Assembly (NCBI GenBank): GCA_036337225.1
Contig: JAYZEP010000008.1
Coordinates: 1,001 to 65,000 of the forward strand
Direction of reading: 5' to 3'
DNA length: 64,000 nt
Source: Thermodesulfobacteriota bacterium
Lineage (GTDB): Bacteria > Desulfobacterota_D > UBA1144
Shown here: piece by piece, positions 1 to 12,694 of the stretch
Layout of the letters: each line of letters begins with the position of its first letter
How positions within the stretch are numbered: position 1 is the first letter of the stretch
Program-made: the position numbers and the translations under genes
The notes under the pieces: generated by a model
Seen by the model: the letters and a program-made list of their open reading frames with translations, nothing else
The model's database searches: none
What the model was told of the DNA's origin: nothing

Positions 1-1
1 A

Positions 2-895
2 ATGCTCAACAAACATATAATTATCCATCAACTGACTATCCTGAGGAAGGTAAAGACCAAGGATTGATGAATAAGAAGTATCACCATCTAAAATTGGATG
101 CACATTATTTCTAATTAGCTTTCCTCCCATCAAAATCGAATTCGTAGTCAAGTTTGATTCCCTATCCTGCTTTATTTTTAGATTCGAGAATATAAATGAA
201 GATTTGCTTCCATCCTCAATCGATAAATGTTCGACTTTTGAATTCGCATCTAGATACATCATCGTAGTCTTATTTAAAAAATACGATTCATTAGAGTCCG
301 AAAAAGAATATTCCACTATTTCCGCACTACTTGATTCTCCAAAATATAAAATATTCCTTGGATTAATAAATGCATTCGATGAGTTAGAATCAAATTTATT
401 CACTATAACTATCGGCTTTTCAATCTTTTGTAACTTTTCTATTTCTATGTAGAAACCATTTTCTAGAAATGCAGAATTGAGCTCGTAGAAACAATCTTTA
501 TTCCTAGATGAAAATTCATCCAAAATGATTCTTTTTAAATTTTGATCTTCGTTGGTAATACCATCCTTTAGACTGACAACCTTAAAGTCCAAATCCGTTG
601 AACTCACTAAAGTCCCGTTAACAATACAGATAAAGTGTGCATCGAGTTTCGTAAGAAACTCCGGTAGCTCAGACATGTCAAATTTATTAGATATTACGTT
701 TAGTGGCAAAAAATCCTTAGTAAGAAAATCCTTTAGGTCAGTAAATCTCCAATCTTCATCAGTAATTTTTGGAATGCCGATATCTTTAAATGAATTTAAA
801 CTTTCTAATCTAAAATTATTTAGCCATTTAGGGGCAGATTGATTAAACTCATCGTTACTGAAGTAGGTAATATATTTTTCTTCAAAATTGCCCAT
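2..895 (-). CDS. sufD: Fe-S cluster assembly protein SufD (5' part; runs off window start)
   Basis: Not in ORF track. Reading the minus strand from ATG 895 gives MGNFEEKYI..WLNNFR..GIPKITDEDWRFTDL, a typical SufD N-terminus; lies directly after sufC. Confidence 0.88.
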   Translation of the reverse strand, partial: MGNFEEKYITYFSNDEFNQSAPKWLNNFRLESLNSFKDIGIPKITDEDWRFTDLKDFLTKDFLPLNVISNKFDMSELPEFLTKLDAHFICIVNGTLVSSTDLDFKVVSLKDGITNEDQNLKRIILDEFSSRNKDCFYELNSAFLENGFYIEIEKLQKIEKPIVIVNKFDSNSSNAFINPRNILYFGESSSAEIVEYSFSDSNESYFLNKTTMMYLDANSKVEHLSIEDGSKSSFIFSNLKIKQDRESNLTTNSILMGGKLIRNNVHPILDGDTSYSSILGLYLPQDSQLMDNYMFVEH

Positions 896-898
896 GGT

Positions 899-1639
899 CT
901 ATTTCTCTAGCCAAGAATACCCTTTGGATTCTAATTCTAGTGCTAAGCTCTTATCTCCTGACTTAACAATATTTCCATCAAGAAGAACATGTACGAAATC
1001 TGGTACTATAAAATTCAAAAGTCTTTGATAGTGAGTAATAACTAGAAATGACTTGTCTTTACCTCTCAAAGAATTAACTCCATTAGCAACAATTTGAAGC
1101 GCATCAATATCCAATCCCGAGTCGGTTTCATCGAGTATTGATAAGCGTGGATCAAGAACGGCCATTTGCAAAATTTCATTCCGTTTCTTTTCACCACCAG
1201 AGAACCCTTCATTTAACGACCTATTTAATAACGCTTCGTCCATTTCTAGTAATTTAATCTTTTCTTTGGCAATTTTGATGAATTCAACTGGTTTTAATGC
1301 GGGAAGACCTTTTGCTTTATTGAGTGAATTAAGAGCTTCTCTCAAAAAATAACTATTCGAGACTCCAGGAATTTCAATCGGATATTGAAAAGCTAAGAAG
1401 ATTCCTTCTTGTGCTCTTTCTTCGGGTGCCATTTCGATAATACTTTCCCCATTGTACAGTATATCTCCATCAGTAATTACATAATCTTCTTTGCCAGCAA
1501 GAATAGAAGCGAGAGTGCTCTTACCCGATCCGTTAGGACCCATAATCGAATGAACTTGGCCTTTTTGAACAGTAAGATTAACACCTTTTAGTATGTCTTT
1601 TCCTTCAATTCCTGCGTGAAGATTGACTATCTCTAGCAT
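899..1639 (-). CDS. sufC: Fe-S assembly ABC ATPase SufC
   Basis: GPNGSGKST Walker A, FLAFQYP, GFSGGEKKRNE, LDETDSGLD; ATG 1639 preferred because of G-rich SD upstream. Confidence 0.97.
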   Translation of the reverse strand: MLEIVNLHAGIEGKDILKGVNLTVQKGQVHSIMGPNGSGKSTLASILAGKEDYVITDGDILYNGESIIEMAPEERAQEGIFLAFQYPIEIPGVSNSYFLREALNSLNKAKGLPALKPVEFIKIAKEKIKLLEMDEALLNRSLNEGFSGGEKKRNEILQMAVLDPRLSILDETDSGLDIDALQIVANGVNSLRGKDKSFLVITHYQRLLNFIVPDFVHVLLDGNIVKSGDKSLALELESKGYSWLEK

Positions 1640-1684
1640 AAACAATTCCCCCCTTTTCGTCTATATTCGGTGTCGTCTCTAAGG

Positions 1685-3142
1685 CTAACCGACACTTCCT
1701 TCTAGGCTCACACTCAATAATCTTTCAGCCTCAACGGCAAATTCAAAAGGTAGCTCTTTAAAGACTTCTTTGCAAAAACCATTAACAATTAGTGACAACG
1801 CATCTTCCTCAGACATCCCTCTTTGTTTACAGTAAAAAATCTGATCTTCTCCAATTTTAGACGTTGTAGCTTCATGTTCTAGTTGTGCGCTAGAATTTTT
1901 TATTTCTATATATGGAAACGTATGTGCCCCACATTGATCACCAATGAGTATTGAATCACATTGGGTATAATTTCTAGCATTTTCTGCATTCTTTGATACT
2001 TCAACCAAACCTCTATATGTATTCTGACCATAGCCAGCTGAAATGCCCTTGGACACTATCGTACTCTTAGTATTTTTCCCCAAGTGAATCATTTTGGTTC
2101 CCGTATCAGCTTGTTGTCTATTGTTGGTTAAGGCCACGGAATAAAATTCGCCTATTGAGTTATCACCCGTAAGTATACAACCGGGATATTTCCACGTTAT
2201 AGCAGATCCCGTTTCAACTTGGGTCCAGGAGATTCTAGAGTTTCGTCCTAAGCAATTGCCTCTTTTTGTTACAAAATTATATATTCCACCTTTACCTTCT
2301 TTATCTCCAGGATACCAATTTTGAATAGTAGAATATTTAATTGTGGCATCATCATGAGCAACTAGTTCAACACAAGCTGCATGCAATTGACTATCGCTTC
2401 TTTTGGGAGCTGTACAACCTTCTAGGTAGCTCACATAACTTCCTGGCTCCGCAATTATCAGCGTCCTCTCAAACTGGCCAGTATTTTCTGCGTTAATCCT
2501 GAAGTAAGTTGATAATTCCATAGGGCATCTAACGCCCTTAGGGATGTAGACAAACGAACCATCGGTAAAAACTGCTGCGTTAAGAGCAGCATAAAAATTA
2601 TCACCTGCGGGTATTACTGTTCCTAAATATTCTTTTACAAGACTTTCATGTTCTTTCACTGCTTCAGAGAATGAACAAAAAACTATCCCTAAGTCTGCCA
2701 ACTTATCCTTAAAGGTGGTAATTAAAGATACACTATCAAAAACTGCGTCTACTGCTACTCCTTCGAGCATCTTTTGTTCTTCTAATGGGATACCAAGTTT
2801 TTCATATGTTTCTAATATCTCTGGATCTATTTCGTCCAACGATTCCGGTTTCTTTTTTGGTCCGGCAAAATAACTTATACCATTATAGTCTATTGGTTTA
2901 ATTTCTAAATTAGGCCAAATAGGCTCCTTCATTTTTAACCATCTTTTATATGCCTTTAGCCTAAAATCTAGCAACCATTTTGGCTCGTCTTTTTTTTCTG
3001 AAATATGATGTATTACTTTTTCATCAAGACCTTTCGGAAATATGTCCTGCTCGATATCGGTAACAAAACCATATTTGTATTCCTCATTTTGAAGCATTTC
3101 CTTGGTAGCTTCATCGTTATCAATTCTTAGTTCTTTGGTCAT
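1685..3142 (-). CDS. sufB: Fe-S scaffold SufB
   Basis: [48 protein letters not shown]. Confidence 0.98.
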   Translation of the reverse strand: MTKELRIDNDEATKEMLQNEEYKYGFVTDIEQDIFPKGLDEKVIHHISEKKDEPKWLLDFRLKAYKRWLKMKEPIWPNLEIKPIDYNGISYFAGPKKKPESLDEIDPEILETYEKLGIPLEEQKMLEGVAVDAVFDSVSLITTFKDKLADLGIVFCSFSEAVKEHESLVKEYLGTVIPAGDNFYAALNAAVFTDGSFVYIPKGVRCPMELSTYFRINAENTGQFERTLIIAEPGSYVSYLEGCTAPKRSDSQLHAACVELVAHDDATIKYSTIQNWYPGDKEGKGGIYNFVTKRGNCLGRNSRISWTQVETGSAITWKYPGCILTGDNSIGEFYSVALTNNRQQADTGTKMIHLGKNTKSTIVSKGISAGYGQNTYRGLVEVSKNAENARNYTQCDSILIGDQCGAHTFPYIEIKNSSAQLEHEATTSKIGEDQIFYCKQRGMSEEDALSLIVNGFCKEVFKELPFEFAVEAERLLSVSLEGSVG

Positions 3143-3146
3143 GAGC

Positions 3147-3569
3147 TTAGTTGGTATCCAAATCCTTAAAATTACTATCTGCTATATCACGTAAACTAAC
3201 TTTACTTAAAAAGTTCAAAGTATTTACTTGAAGATGATCCCAAACCGATCTTTGTGTGCATGTATCAAACAACTCGCAAAGTCCATCTTTGTCCATGCAA
3301 TCTATAAGATGCATATCACCCTCTATGGCTTCATACACATCCCTCAAAGAAATATCTCCAGCATTCTTCTTCAGAGAATATCCTCCGTCTGGACCCGATG
3401 AAGAATGTAGAATTCCTCTCTGCACTAAAGTTCTGAGTATTTTAGCAAGATAATCATGTGGGATATGCTGTTGAGCTGAAATATCCTTAATTGTAGACAT
3501 TGGCACGTCCGCTTGCGCTATATGAGTTAACGATCTAACTGCATAATCTAAAGTTTTACTAACTTGCAT
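3147..3569 (-). CDS. Rrf2-family (IscR-like) transcriptional regulator
   Basis: DYAVR, YLAKIL, GPDGGY, three C-terminal Cys; heads the suf operon. Confidence 0.93.
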   Translation of the reverse strand: MQVSKTLDYAVRSLTHIAQADVPMSTIKDISAQQHIPHDYLAKILRTLVQRGILHSSSGPDGGYSLKKNAGDISLRDVYEAIEGDMHLIDCMDKDGLCELFDTCTQRSVWDHLQVNTLNFLSKVSLRDIADSNFKDLDTN

Positions 3570-3663
3570 GTATGATTACCACCCTCTTTCCTTTGATATA
3601 TATCTCCGCATCGACATAGGTAATATAACCTAAAAAAAAGCATGTTGCATCTGGAGTGTTACC

Positions 3664-3691
3664 TTGACATGCAAACCTCTTACAGTAATAT
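3664..3691 (+). promoter_or_regulatory. Putative sigma-70 promoter of rplM
   Basis: TTGACA-16 nt-TAATAT upstream of rplM. Confidence 0.5.
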
Positions 3692-3724
3692 ATTAGCTTA
3701 AATTTATTTATTTCAGGAAACAAT

Positions 3725-4126
3725 ATGAATGAAAAAAAATGGCTTTTAATAGATGCTAAGGACAAAATTGTGGGCAGATTGGCATCCAAAGTTGCCACCG
3801 TTTTAATTGGAAAGAATAAAACTAGTTATCGACCTGGAGCCGATAATGGAGATTTTGTAATTATTATTAATAGTGACGGAATAAGATTTACTGGGAAGAA
3901 ATTGGATCATAAGTTCTACTATAGAAATACTGGTTATCCAGGGGGCCTTAGAAGCATAAAGGCCGGAGAATTAGTTAAAAAAGACTCAACGGAAGTCATA
4001 AAAAAAGCTGTTAAAGGCATGCTTCCCAAGAACAAGTGGCAGGATTTATTGATGCGAAGATTAAAAATTTATTCTAATTCATCTCATCCACATAAAGCAC
4101 AAAATCCGGAGGCAATTGAGATTTAA
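3725..4126 (+). CDS. rplM: 50S ribosomal protein L13
   Basis: W.LIDA..KIVGRLAS, GDFVIIIN, TGYPGG, AVKGMLPKN, HPHKAQNP. Confidence 0.97.
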   Translation: MNEKKWLLIDAKDKIVGRLASKVATVLIGKNKTSYRPGADNGDFVIIINSDGIRFTGKKLDHKFYYRNTGYPGGLRSIKAGELVKKDSTEVIKKAVKGMLPKNKWQDLLMRRLKIYSNSSHPHKAQNPEAIEI

Positions 4127-4127
4127 G

Positions 4128-4517
4128 ATGTCGGAAAAATATTACGCCACTGGGAGAAGAAAAAATGCCGTAGCCAAAGTATGGCTTTCAAAAGGCGAGG
4201 GTCAAATAAGGATTAACAAAAGAGATATAGCCGAATATTTTCCTCGTGAAGTATGGGTTAGTCACGCAACCGAAGCTCTTAGTTTAACTCAAACGACCAA
4301 TGACTTTAATTTTGACATATCTGTATTAGGTGGTGGATTAACAGGTCAATCGGGAGCCATTAGATTGGGTATATCAAGAGCACTAGTTCTTTATAATGCA
4401 GATTTACGATCCAAGTTAAAGCCTAAGGGACTCCTAATGAGAGATTCCCGAATGGTTGAAAGTAAAAAATACGGGCTGAAGAAGGCAAGAAGAGGTCAAC
4501 AATTCTCAAAACGATAA
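4128..4517 (+). CDS. rpsI: 30S ribosomal protein S9
   Basis: ATGRRKNAVA, GGGLTGQSGA, C-terminal KKYGLKKARR..QFSKR; ATG 4128. Confidence 0.97.
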   Translation: MSEKYYATGRRKNAVAKVWLSKGEGQIRINKRDIAEYFPREVWVSHATEALSLTQTTNDFNFDISVLGGGLTGQSGAIRLGISRALVLYNADLRSKLKPKGLLMRDSRMVESKKYGLKKARRGQQFSKR

Positions 4518-4527
4518 AAATCATTTA

Positions 4528-5847
4528 ATGAAAAAAAAATTTAAGATTACACCCCCTAAGGGTAAGCTCGGTGTTTTAATACCTGGCATCGGTGGAGCAG
4601 TTAGTACATCTTTCATTGCTGGCATTGAGGCTTTTAAAAAAGGGCTCGGGGAACCGGTCGGTTCTCTGTCTCAAATGGGAACCATCAGATTGGGGAAAAG
4701 GACTAGTAAGAAGTCTCCTCTGATAAAAGATTTGTTGTCATTGGCTGACATCGAAGACTTGGAATTTTTTGGGTGGGATGTCTATCCTGAAAATTGTTAT
4801 AAGGCAGCTCTCAAAGCAGGAGTCCTTGAAGAATCATTGATTCAACAACTAAAAAATGAATTAGAATCAATAGTTCCCGAAAAAGCTGTCTTCAATAAGA
4901 GATATGCTTCTAACTTAAAAGGTAAGAATATAAAAAAAGAGAAAAATTACTTTGAACTTGCTAGGGAGCTAATAAGCGATATAAATACCTTTAAAACCAA
5001 GAATAAAATTAATAGATTAGTTATGGTGTGGTGTGGAAGCACAGAGATTTTTATAAAAAAAAGTAAAGTTCACGAAAATATCAAATCATTTGAAGAAGGA
5101 CTTAAAAGAAACGATAAAAACATATCTCCTAGTATGATTTATGCCTACGCAGCAATTCAATGTGGTGCTGCTTATGCAAACGGTGCTCCAAATTTATCGG
5201 TTGATATTCCTGCTTTAGTAAAACTAAGTCTTAAAAAAAATATTCCTGTTGCAGGAAAAGACTTCAAAACTGGTCAGACATTAATGAAAACAATTCTTGC
5301 GCCTGGGATCAAGAGTAGGCTATTAGGACTAAATGGCTGGTTTTCAACAAACATACTTGGGAATCGAGATGGAGAAGTTCTAGATAACCCCAAAAATTTT
5401 AAAACAAAAGAAGAAAGCAAACTAAGCGTCCTAGATCACATCTTCCAACCTGAATTGCATCCAAACTTATATGGAGATTTCTATCACAAAGTTCGTATAA
5501 ACTACTATCCTCCAAGAGGAGATCAGAAGGAAGCCTGGGACAATATAGATATATTTGGTTGGCTTGGATATCCAATGCAAATAAAAGTTAATTTCTTATG
5601 CAGAGATAGCATATTGGCAGCCCCCATAGTTCTTGATTTAATTATATTTATGGATCTTGCTCAAAGAGCTGGAATGAAAGGGATCCAAGAATGGATGTCT
5701 TTCTATTTTAAAAGTCCTATGCATGATGAGTCACTTTACCCAGAACATGACATATTTATTCAATCTATGAAATTAAAAAACACCCTGAGATATTTAGCTG
5801 GTGAAGGTACTATTGACCATCTTGGCTTAGATTACTATTACGAATAA
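4528..5847 (+). CDS. ino1: myo-inositol-1-phosphate synthase
   Basis: GIGGAV NAD-binding, WCGSTE, NGAPN, GKDFKTGQT, NILGNRDG, CRDSILAAP, SFYFKSP. Confidence 0.93.
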   Translation: MKKKFKITPPKGKLGVLIPGIGGAVSTSFIAGIEAFKKGLGEPVGSLSQMGTIRLGKRTSKKSPLIKDLLSLADIEDLEFFGWDVYPENCYKAALKAGVLEESLIQQLKNELESIVPEKAVFNKRYASNLKGKNIKKEKNYFELARELISDINTFKTKNKINRLVMVWCGSTEIFIKKSKVHENIKSFEEGLKRNDKNISPSMIYAYAAIQCGAAYANGAPNLSVDIPALVKLSLKKNIPVAGKDFKTGQTLMKTILAPGIKSRLLGLNGWFSTNILGNRDGEVLDNPKNFKTKEESKLSVLDHIFQPELHPNLYGDFYHKVRINYYPPRGDQKEAWDNIDIFGWLGYPMQIKVNFLCRDSILAAPIVLDLIIFMDLAQRAGMKGIQEWMSFYFKSPMHDESLYPEHDIFIQSMKLKNTLRYLAGEGTIDHLGLDYYYE

Positions 5848-5848
5848 T

Positions 5849-6115
5849 TTACTTAACAAGATTCCCGGATTCTAGGGCAACAATAAGCTGATTTGATTCC
5901 ATGCTAACAACGCCAGGACCATGACTGATTTTTTTTTCTGTTCCATTCTCAGACTTAACCCTAATATCTCCACTCACAATATCAGAGGAAAAAAGTGTGT
6001 GTCCCGGTAAAATACCAAACTCTCCGGTTGAATTAGTAGCAGAAAAATAATTTGCTTTTTCATCGAAGAGAACTTCTTCCGGTGTATATATTGTTAGACT
6101 AAAAGAATTATCCAT
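5849..6115 (-). CDS. atpC: ATP synthase epsilon subunit (N-terminal beta-sandwich only)
   Basis: LTIYTPE, GEFGILPGH; follows atpD; only 88 aa. Confidence 0.9.
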   Translation of the reverse strand: MDNSFSLTIYTPEEVLFDEKANYFSATNSTGEFGILPGHTLFSSDIVSGDIRVKSENGTEKKISHGPGVVSMESNQLIVALESGNLVK

Positions 6116-6117
6116 AC

Positions 6118-7533
<1,416 letters not shown>

Positions 7534-7544
7534 TTAAATCTCCT

Positions 7545-8393
7545 TTATTTCATAGCTTCAGCGCCATTCACAATATCCATTAGTTCTTTTGTGATATACG
7601 CCTGTCTTGTTTTATTAAATAACATTGTAGTATCTCTTATAATATCATCAGCATTTCTTGTTGCATTATCCATAGCCGCAGTCCTGGCCGCATGTTCGCT
7701 TGTAATGGCCTCTAGGAGAAAACTTGATAGTGTAAGATTTAAAAATTTAGGAAAAACTGTCTCTATAAATAGGTCGATATCAGGTTCAATTAAAATGTCG
7801 GGGTTTTGCTCTATATCTTCAGAGTACTCAAATTCCATTGGTAAAATTTTTGTTATCGTAGGTAACTGAGATATGGCGCTTGCAAATTTGTTGTAAGCAA
7901 CATATATTTGATCAATTTCACCGTTCAGAAAGGGTAACAAGATTTTGTCTGAAATGGATGCTGAAACACTCTTGTAATTTTTTTCATCCGCGGAGAAAAT
8001 CTCGTTTCCAAAGCTGTTTTCTTTAAAATAATCTTGACCTTTTTTTCCTATAAAAAGTTTCTCTATAGTTTGTTGTGGAAACTCATATTTTTCAATCGAT
8101 CTGAACAAACTTGAATTGTAGGACCCACACAAACCTCTATCAGATGATATTATAACTAACAAACATCTCTTCTCTTCTGTACCAATGTCAAGAAACTTAT
8201 TGCCAGAGCCCTTAGAAGAGTTTGATACGACAGTTACGATTGACTTGTAAGACTCGAAATAAGGTCTGAATGAATTCAACATGATTTGAGTCTTCGCGTA
8301 TTTAACAGTAGCAATCATTTTCATAGCTTGCATAATTCTTTTCGTACTTTTCACGCTTGCTATTTTTGTTCTTATTTCTTTTAAACTAGGCAT
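7545..8393 (-). CDS. atpG: ATP synthase gamma subunit
   Basis: AMKMIA, SSDRGLCG, SEHAAR..AMDNATRNA, RQAYIT.EL. Confidence 0.97.
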   Translation of the reverse strand: MPSLKEIRTKIASVKSTKRIMQAMKMIATVKYAKTQIMLNSFRPYFESYKSIVTVVSNSSKGSGNKFLDIGTEEKRCLLVIISSDRGLCGSYNSSLFRSIEKYEFPQQTIEKLFIGKKGQDYFKENSFGNEIFSADEKNYKSVSASISDKILLPFLNGEIDQIYVAYNKFASAISQLPTITKILPMEFEYSEDIEQNPDILIEPDIDLFIETVFPKFLNLTLSSFLLEAITSEHAARTAAMDNATRNADDIIRDTTMLFNKTRQAYITKELMDIVNGAEAMK

Positions 8394-8394
8394 A

Positions 8395-9900
8395 CTAAGA
8401 AGAATACGTCCCTTTAAATTTTTCCAAACTCGTTTTCAAAGACGCGACAAGTTCGTCAGAGAATTCGGATTGAAGTTTATCTAGTATATCAATGTGATTG
8501 GCATCAAAATAATCATAAAGCTTCTGTTCGAAATCACCTATCTTAGTATCGTCAACATCATCGGTAAAACCATTAGTTACGGCGAATATTAACAAGACCT
8601 GTTTTTCTACCGGCAATGGAACATATTGTCCTTGTTTTAAAGCTTCAACAAGTCTAGATCCTCGTTCTAGTTGAGATTTAGTCGCATCATCAAGATCAGA
8701 TGCGAATTGAGAAAAGGCCTCAACTTCTCTGTATTGAGCAAGATCGAGTCTTAAAGTACCCGCAACTTTTTTCATACTTTTGACTTGCGCTGAACCTCCT
8801 ACACGTGATACTGACAGCCCAACATTAATTGCTGGTCTAACACCAGAATAGAATAAATCCGTTTCAAGATAAATTTGGCCATCAGTGATTGAGATTACAT
8901 TAGTTGGAATATATGCCGAAACATCTCCTGCCTGAGTCTCAATTATAGGTAGGGCTGTTAGCGATCCTCCGCCTTGTTCGCTATTCATTTTGGCAGCTCT
9001 TTCAAGAAGTCTGGAATGCAGGTAAAAGACATCTCCTGGATACGCTTCTCTTCCCGGAGGTCGTCTCAAAAGCAGGGATAATTGTCTATAGGCATAAGCA
9101 TGTTTGGTTAAATCATCATAAATCACTAAGGCATGCCTTCCATTATCTCTGAAAAATTCACCTATAGCACATCCCGTAAACGGTGCAAGAAACTGATAAG
9201 GTGCAGGGTCGCTAGCATTGGCCGCCACAACCGTAGTGTATTCAAACGCACCATTCTCCTTCAATTTTTCCACAACTTGAGCGACTGTGGATTGTTTTTG
9301 ACCAATTGCAACATATATACAATGCACATCGGTATTCTTTTGGTTAATAATTGTATCAACCGCAATTGCCGTTTTTCCAGTTTGTCTATCCCCCAATATT
9401 AATTCTCTTTGCCCCCGACCTATTGGTATCATAGAGTCAATTGCTTTAACACCTGTCTGTAATGGCTCGTGAACGGACTCTCTAACGATTACGCCAGGAG
9501 CTTTAATCTCAACGGGTTTATATTCTTGGGTTTCAATTGGACCTTTTCCATCTATTGGACTACCAAGACCATCTACCACTCTTCCCAGAACCTTATCGCC
9601 TACTCCGACCTTGGCAACCTCACCTGTCCTTTTTACTTTATCTCCTTCCCGAACTAAATCATCTGCACCAAAAATCGCCGCACCAACACTATCTTCCTCG
9701 AGATTCAATACGAGCCCAGAGACTCCACTGTCAAATACAATAAGTTCTCCTGCCATGGCTTTATCAAGACCATAGATTTTTGCAATACCATCACCTACAG
9801 AAGTAACGGTCCCGACCTCGGCAGATTTAAAACCTGCCTCAAGACCTTGAATTTTCTGTCTTAACTGCTCACTGATATTTTGTATATTAATTTCGGACAT
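8395..9900 (-). CDS. atpA: ATP synthase alpha subunit
   Basis: [32 protein letters not shown]. Confidence 0.99.
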   Translation of the reverse strand: MSEINIQNISEQLRQKIQGLEAGFKSAEVGTVTSVGDGIAKIYGLDKAMAGELIVFDSGVSGLVLNLEEDSVGAAIFGADDLVREGDKVKRTGEVAKVGVGDKVLGRVVDGLGSPIDGKGPIETQEYKPVEIKAPGVIVRESVHEPLQTGVKAIDSMIPIGRGQRELILGDRQTGKTAIAVDTIINQKNTDVHCIYVAIGQKQSTVAQVVEKLKENGAFEYTTVVAANASDPAPYQFLAPFTGCAIGEFFRDNGRHALVIYDDLTKHAYAYRQLSLLLRRPPGREAYPGDVFYLHSRLLERAAKMNSEQGGGSLTALPIIETQAGDVSAYIPTNVISITDGQIYLETDLFYSGVRPAINVGLSVSRVGGSAQVKSMKKVAGTLRLDLAQYREVEAFSQFASDLDDATKSQLERGSRLVEALKQGQYVPLPVEKQVLLIFAVTNGFTDDVDDTKIGDFEQKLYDYFDANHIDILDKLQSEFSDELVASLKTSLEKFKGTYSS

Positions 9901-10436
9901 TAAAATTCTCCCTTAAGGTTTAAATTTTTAAATTTACTAATTTTCCCATTTAACGAACCATCAAAAAATTTATCTTCTACTTGTAGAATTAAACCTCCAA
10001 TAATCCTAGGGTCTTCGTTGAAGCTTAGCTCAAGGTTCTCACCCCAGATGCTTTTTAAGTTTTCTCTAATGAGATTTAGTTTTTCTGTCTGCTTAATATT
10101 TATAGTTGTAACTTCAATTCTAATCTTTCCTAAAACTTTTCTTATTTTTTTTAAAAAGAACTCTCTTGAATCGATAAACGACCCTAAAAGATTAAATTCA
10201 ATTAGTGTCTCTAGAAATCTTCTAGTATGTTTGCAATCTAGGACAATATTAGAAATCAAATCAGCCTTTACAGACGAAGGGTAAATATTATTAAGTAGAC
10301 AGGATCTAATCATATTGTTAGCATTGAATACATCAACAAAATTTGACAGACCTCTATAGACCTGTTCAAGCTCATCTTTTGAAAGAGATTCAACCGTAAG
10401 TGCTTGGAAAAAATCGTTAACTGTTGCTGACGGCAT
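9900..10436 (-). CDS. atpH: ATP synthase delta subunit (divergent)
   Basis: C-terminal [12 protein letters not shown]; position between atpF and atpA; ATG 10436 preceded by SD GAGGAGG. Confidence 0.85.
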   Translation of the reverse strand: MPSATVNDFFQALTVESLSKDELEQVYRGLSNFVDVFNANNMIRSCLLNNIYPSSVKADLISNIVLDCKHTRRFLETLIEFNLLGSFIDSREFFLKKIRKVLGKIRIEVTTINIKQTEKLNLIRENLKSIWGENLELSFNEDPRIIGGLILQVEDKFFDGSLNGKISKFKNLNLKGEF

Positions 10437-10932
10437 GTTGTTTAACCTCCTCAAAGAATTTCGATATGAGCTTGGTATCTTTATGGTCGTCGATATCGGT
10501 CTTCATTTCATGCTGAGCAAGTTCAATAGCTTTCTTGAGCACCTCAGCTTGAATATCATTTTTAAGCTTAATTGACTCCAATTCTATAATTTCAATTGTA
10601 TCGTTGCTTATTTTACTGGCTACAGAATGTGCATTATCTGTAATCTCGGAAATCTTCTTGTTGGTAATTAAATCAATTGAGTGTCGTAAAGCATCCAAGT
10701 CCGAGTCTATAAGGTTCATTTTTCCTAAATTGCTATCATACGATTTTTGGGCACTTTCAATAATCTTGGTAGCCTCATCTATCTCATTTCGAATTTTTAA
10801 ACTTCGTGAAGAAAAAAAATCAGATATTGGCTTCCTTAGAAAATAGTAGAGAATCCCAATGAATACAATCAAATTAAACAAATGCTGAGAAGCAAATCTG
10901 AGTTGTCCAACTATATTTAGTTCTTCTGCCAT
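10417..10932 (-). CDS. atpF: ATP synthase subunit b
   Basis: N-terminal TM FNLIVFIGILYYFLRKPI followed by coiled coil; operon position. Confidence 0.88.
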   Translation of the reverse strand: MAEELNIVGQLRFASQHLFNLIVFIGILYYFLRKPISDFFSSRSLKIRNEIDEATKIIESAQKSYDSNLGKMNLIDSDLDALRHSIDLITNKKISEITDNAHSVASKISNDTIEIIELESIKLKNDIQAEVLKKAIELAQHEMKTDIDDHKDTKLISKFFEEVKQHAVSNS

Positions 10933-10933
10933 A

Positions 10934-11449
10934 TTAATTAACTTTACTTCTTATAAGATTTGATATTTCTTTTATGCGCAATGAAATATCATCATTGCTT
11001 GCCTTAATCTCGTTTATACTCATGTTTTTTACCGAGCTTATCAATTCAGAATCCAAATTCTTTCTGGCCTCATTAATAGTATCCATTGACTGATCCTTGG
11101 CTTCTTTGATAATTATATCGGCTTGCTTTCTTGCCTCATTAATTTGTTGATTTGAAGACTGCTCAACTTCTAATTTAAATTCTAATAATCTTTTTTTGTA
11201 TTCAGAATCTAAGTCTTTAGACTGTTCTCGCATGCTTTCGGCCCTTTCTATTCGTACGGAAGTCTCTATGTCTCTATCCTCTTTCAAATTAAGTAGTGGT
11301 TGAAACAAAAATTTGTTAAGAAATAAAATTATAAAGATAAAGAGTGAGAGCTGGATAAAGAACGTGCCATCAACTTGCAATACATTGGAGCTATCAGCAG
11401 AGAAGGCTTCAAGGCTCAACAAGAATAAAAAAAGAGGAAAAAATCTCAT
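10934..11449 (-). CDS. ATP synthase subunit b'
   Basis: DGTFFIQL..F..LNKFLFQPL..L..R; second b-type subunit. Confidence 0.85.
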   Translation of the reverse strand: MRFFPLFLFLLSLEAFSADSSNVLQVDGTFFIQLSLFIFIILFLNKFLFQPLLNLKEDRDIETSVRIERAESMREQSKDLDSEYKKRLLEFKLEVEQSSNQQINEARKQADIIIKEAKDQSMDTINEARKNLDSELISSVKNMSINEIKASNDDISLRIKEISNLIRSKVN

Positions 11450-11452
11450 AAA

Positions 11453-12694
11453 TTAATCTCTAAAAAACCGATAAAGAAGAGGTGGAGCAATAAAAGTTGT
11501 TAGCATAACCATAACCGTCAACGCTGAATATTCACTTTTATTTAACACACCAGAAACAAGTCCCATAGAAGCGAATATGAGTCCAACCTCACCTCTCGGT
11601 ATCATTCCAATCCCAATCACTAATTTGTTCGCTTTTAACGAAAAAGCCCCCAAACCACTAACCAATTTGCCAATTATGGCAACTACAAACAAAACTAAAG
11701 CTAAGAGTATAACAGCAATGTTTTCCTTTACAAAGGGGTTGAAAACAGAAATATCAACAGCGGCTCCTACCATTATAAAGAATATAGGAATAAAGACATC
11801 AGCCACTGGTTTTAATCGATCCTCTATTAAAGTTTTTTGATTTGTTTTGGCTAACAATAATCCAGCGGCAAAGGCCCCTATAATTGGTGCCAATCCGGCA
11901 AGTTGGCCTAGATAGGCAAAGATAAACGTATAAGCAAGTGCTCCGAGAAGCAAGCTGCCTCTAGCTTTCAAACCATGTACGAACATAAAAAGTTTTGATG
12001 TAAATAAGTCGCCAACTATTATGGCTACAAACAAAAAGCCTACGGCCTTTGCTGTTATTATTCCTATGTCCCCTATTGCAAAAGAGATAGCTCCTCCTCC
12101 GGATCCTGTTGTGGCTATTACGCCACTAATCACGGCAAGAATGATAAGTCCAATAACATCGTCTATAACAGCAGCACCAAGGATGACTCTTGATTCAACT
12201 GTCTTAAGCTTGTTAAGCTCCGATAAGACTCTCGCGGTAATACCTACGCTGGTCGCTGTTAAAGTAGCACCAATTGTTAAAGCAACTAAAAATAAACTGG
12301 TTTCAGATGAAAAACTGAGAAAATTCAAATCGTTTAAATAAAAAATGCAATAAAACCCTAGGAAGAAAGGAGCAATAACACCGATAGCAGCAACAAGCAA
12401 AGATGGTAACCCAACACTAAGTAGCTCTTTGAGGTCCGTCTCTAAACCAATTTCAAAAAGTAGAATCGCTACACCTACCTCAGATAAAAGGTGAAAGATA
12501 TCGTATCCCATTTCTCCATATAGGGGAATAAGACCTAAGGCGCCTAGTATTACACCGGCAATTAGCTCACCTAGAACTTCTGGCTGTTTAAACCTTACGA
12601 ATAAAGAGCTAATCTTCTTTCCAGCTATAAAAATAATAGCCAATGTTAGGAAAAAACTTCCAACCGAATAATAATCTGGATTTTCTAATGACAT
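11453..12694 (-). CDS. CPA2 cation:proton antiporter (NapA/KefB-like)
   Basis: QPEVLGELIAG, LLFEIGLE, ATSVGIT, AAVIDD, GMIPRGEVGL; many TM helices. Confidence 0.92.
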   Translation of the reverse strand: MSLENPDYYSVGSFFLTLAIIFIAGKKISSLFVRFKQPEVLGELIAGVILGALGLIPLYGEMGYDIFHLLSEVGVAILLFEIGLETDLKELLSVGLPSLLVAAIGVIAPFFLGFYCIFYLNDLNFLSFSSETSLFLVALTIGATLTATSVGITARVLSELNKLKTVESRVILGAAVIDDVIGLIILAVISGVIATTGSGGGAISFAIGDIGIITAKAVGFLFVAIIVGDLFTSKLFMFVHGLKARGSLLLGALAYTFIFAYLGQLAGLAPIIGAFAAGLLLAKTNQKTLIEDRLKPVADVFIPIFFIMVGAAVDISVFNPFVKENIAVILLALVLFVVAIIGKLVSGLGAFSLKANKLVIGIGMIPRGEVGLIFASMGLVSGVLNKSEYSALTVMVMLTTFIAPPLLYRFFRD

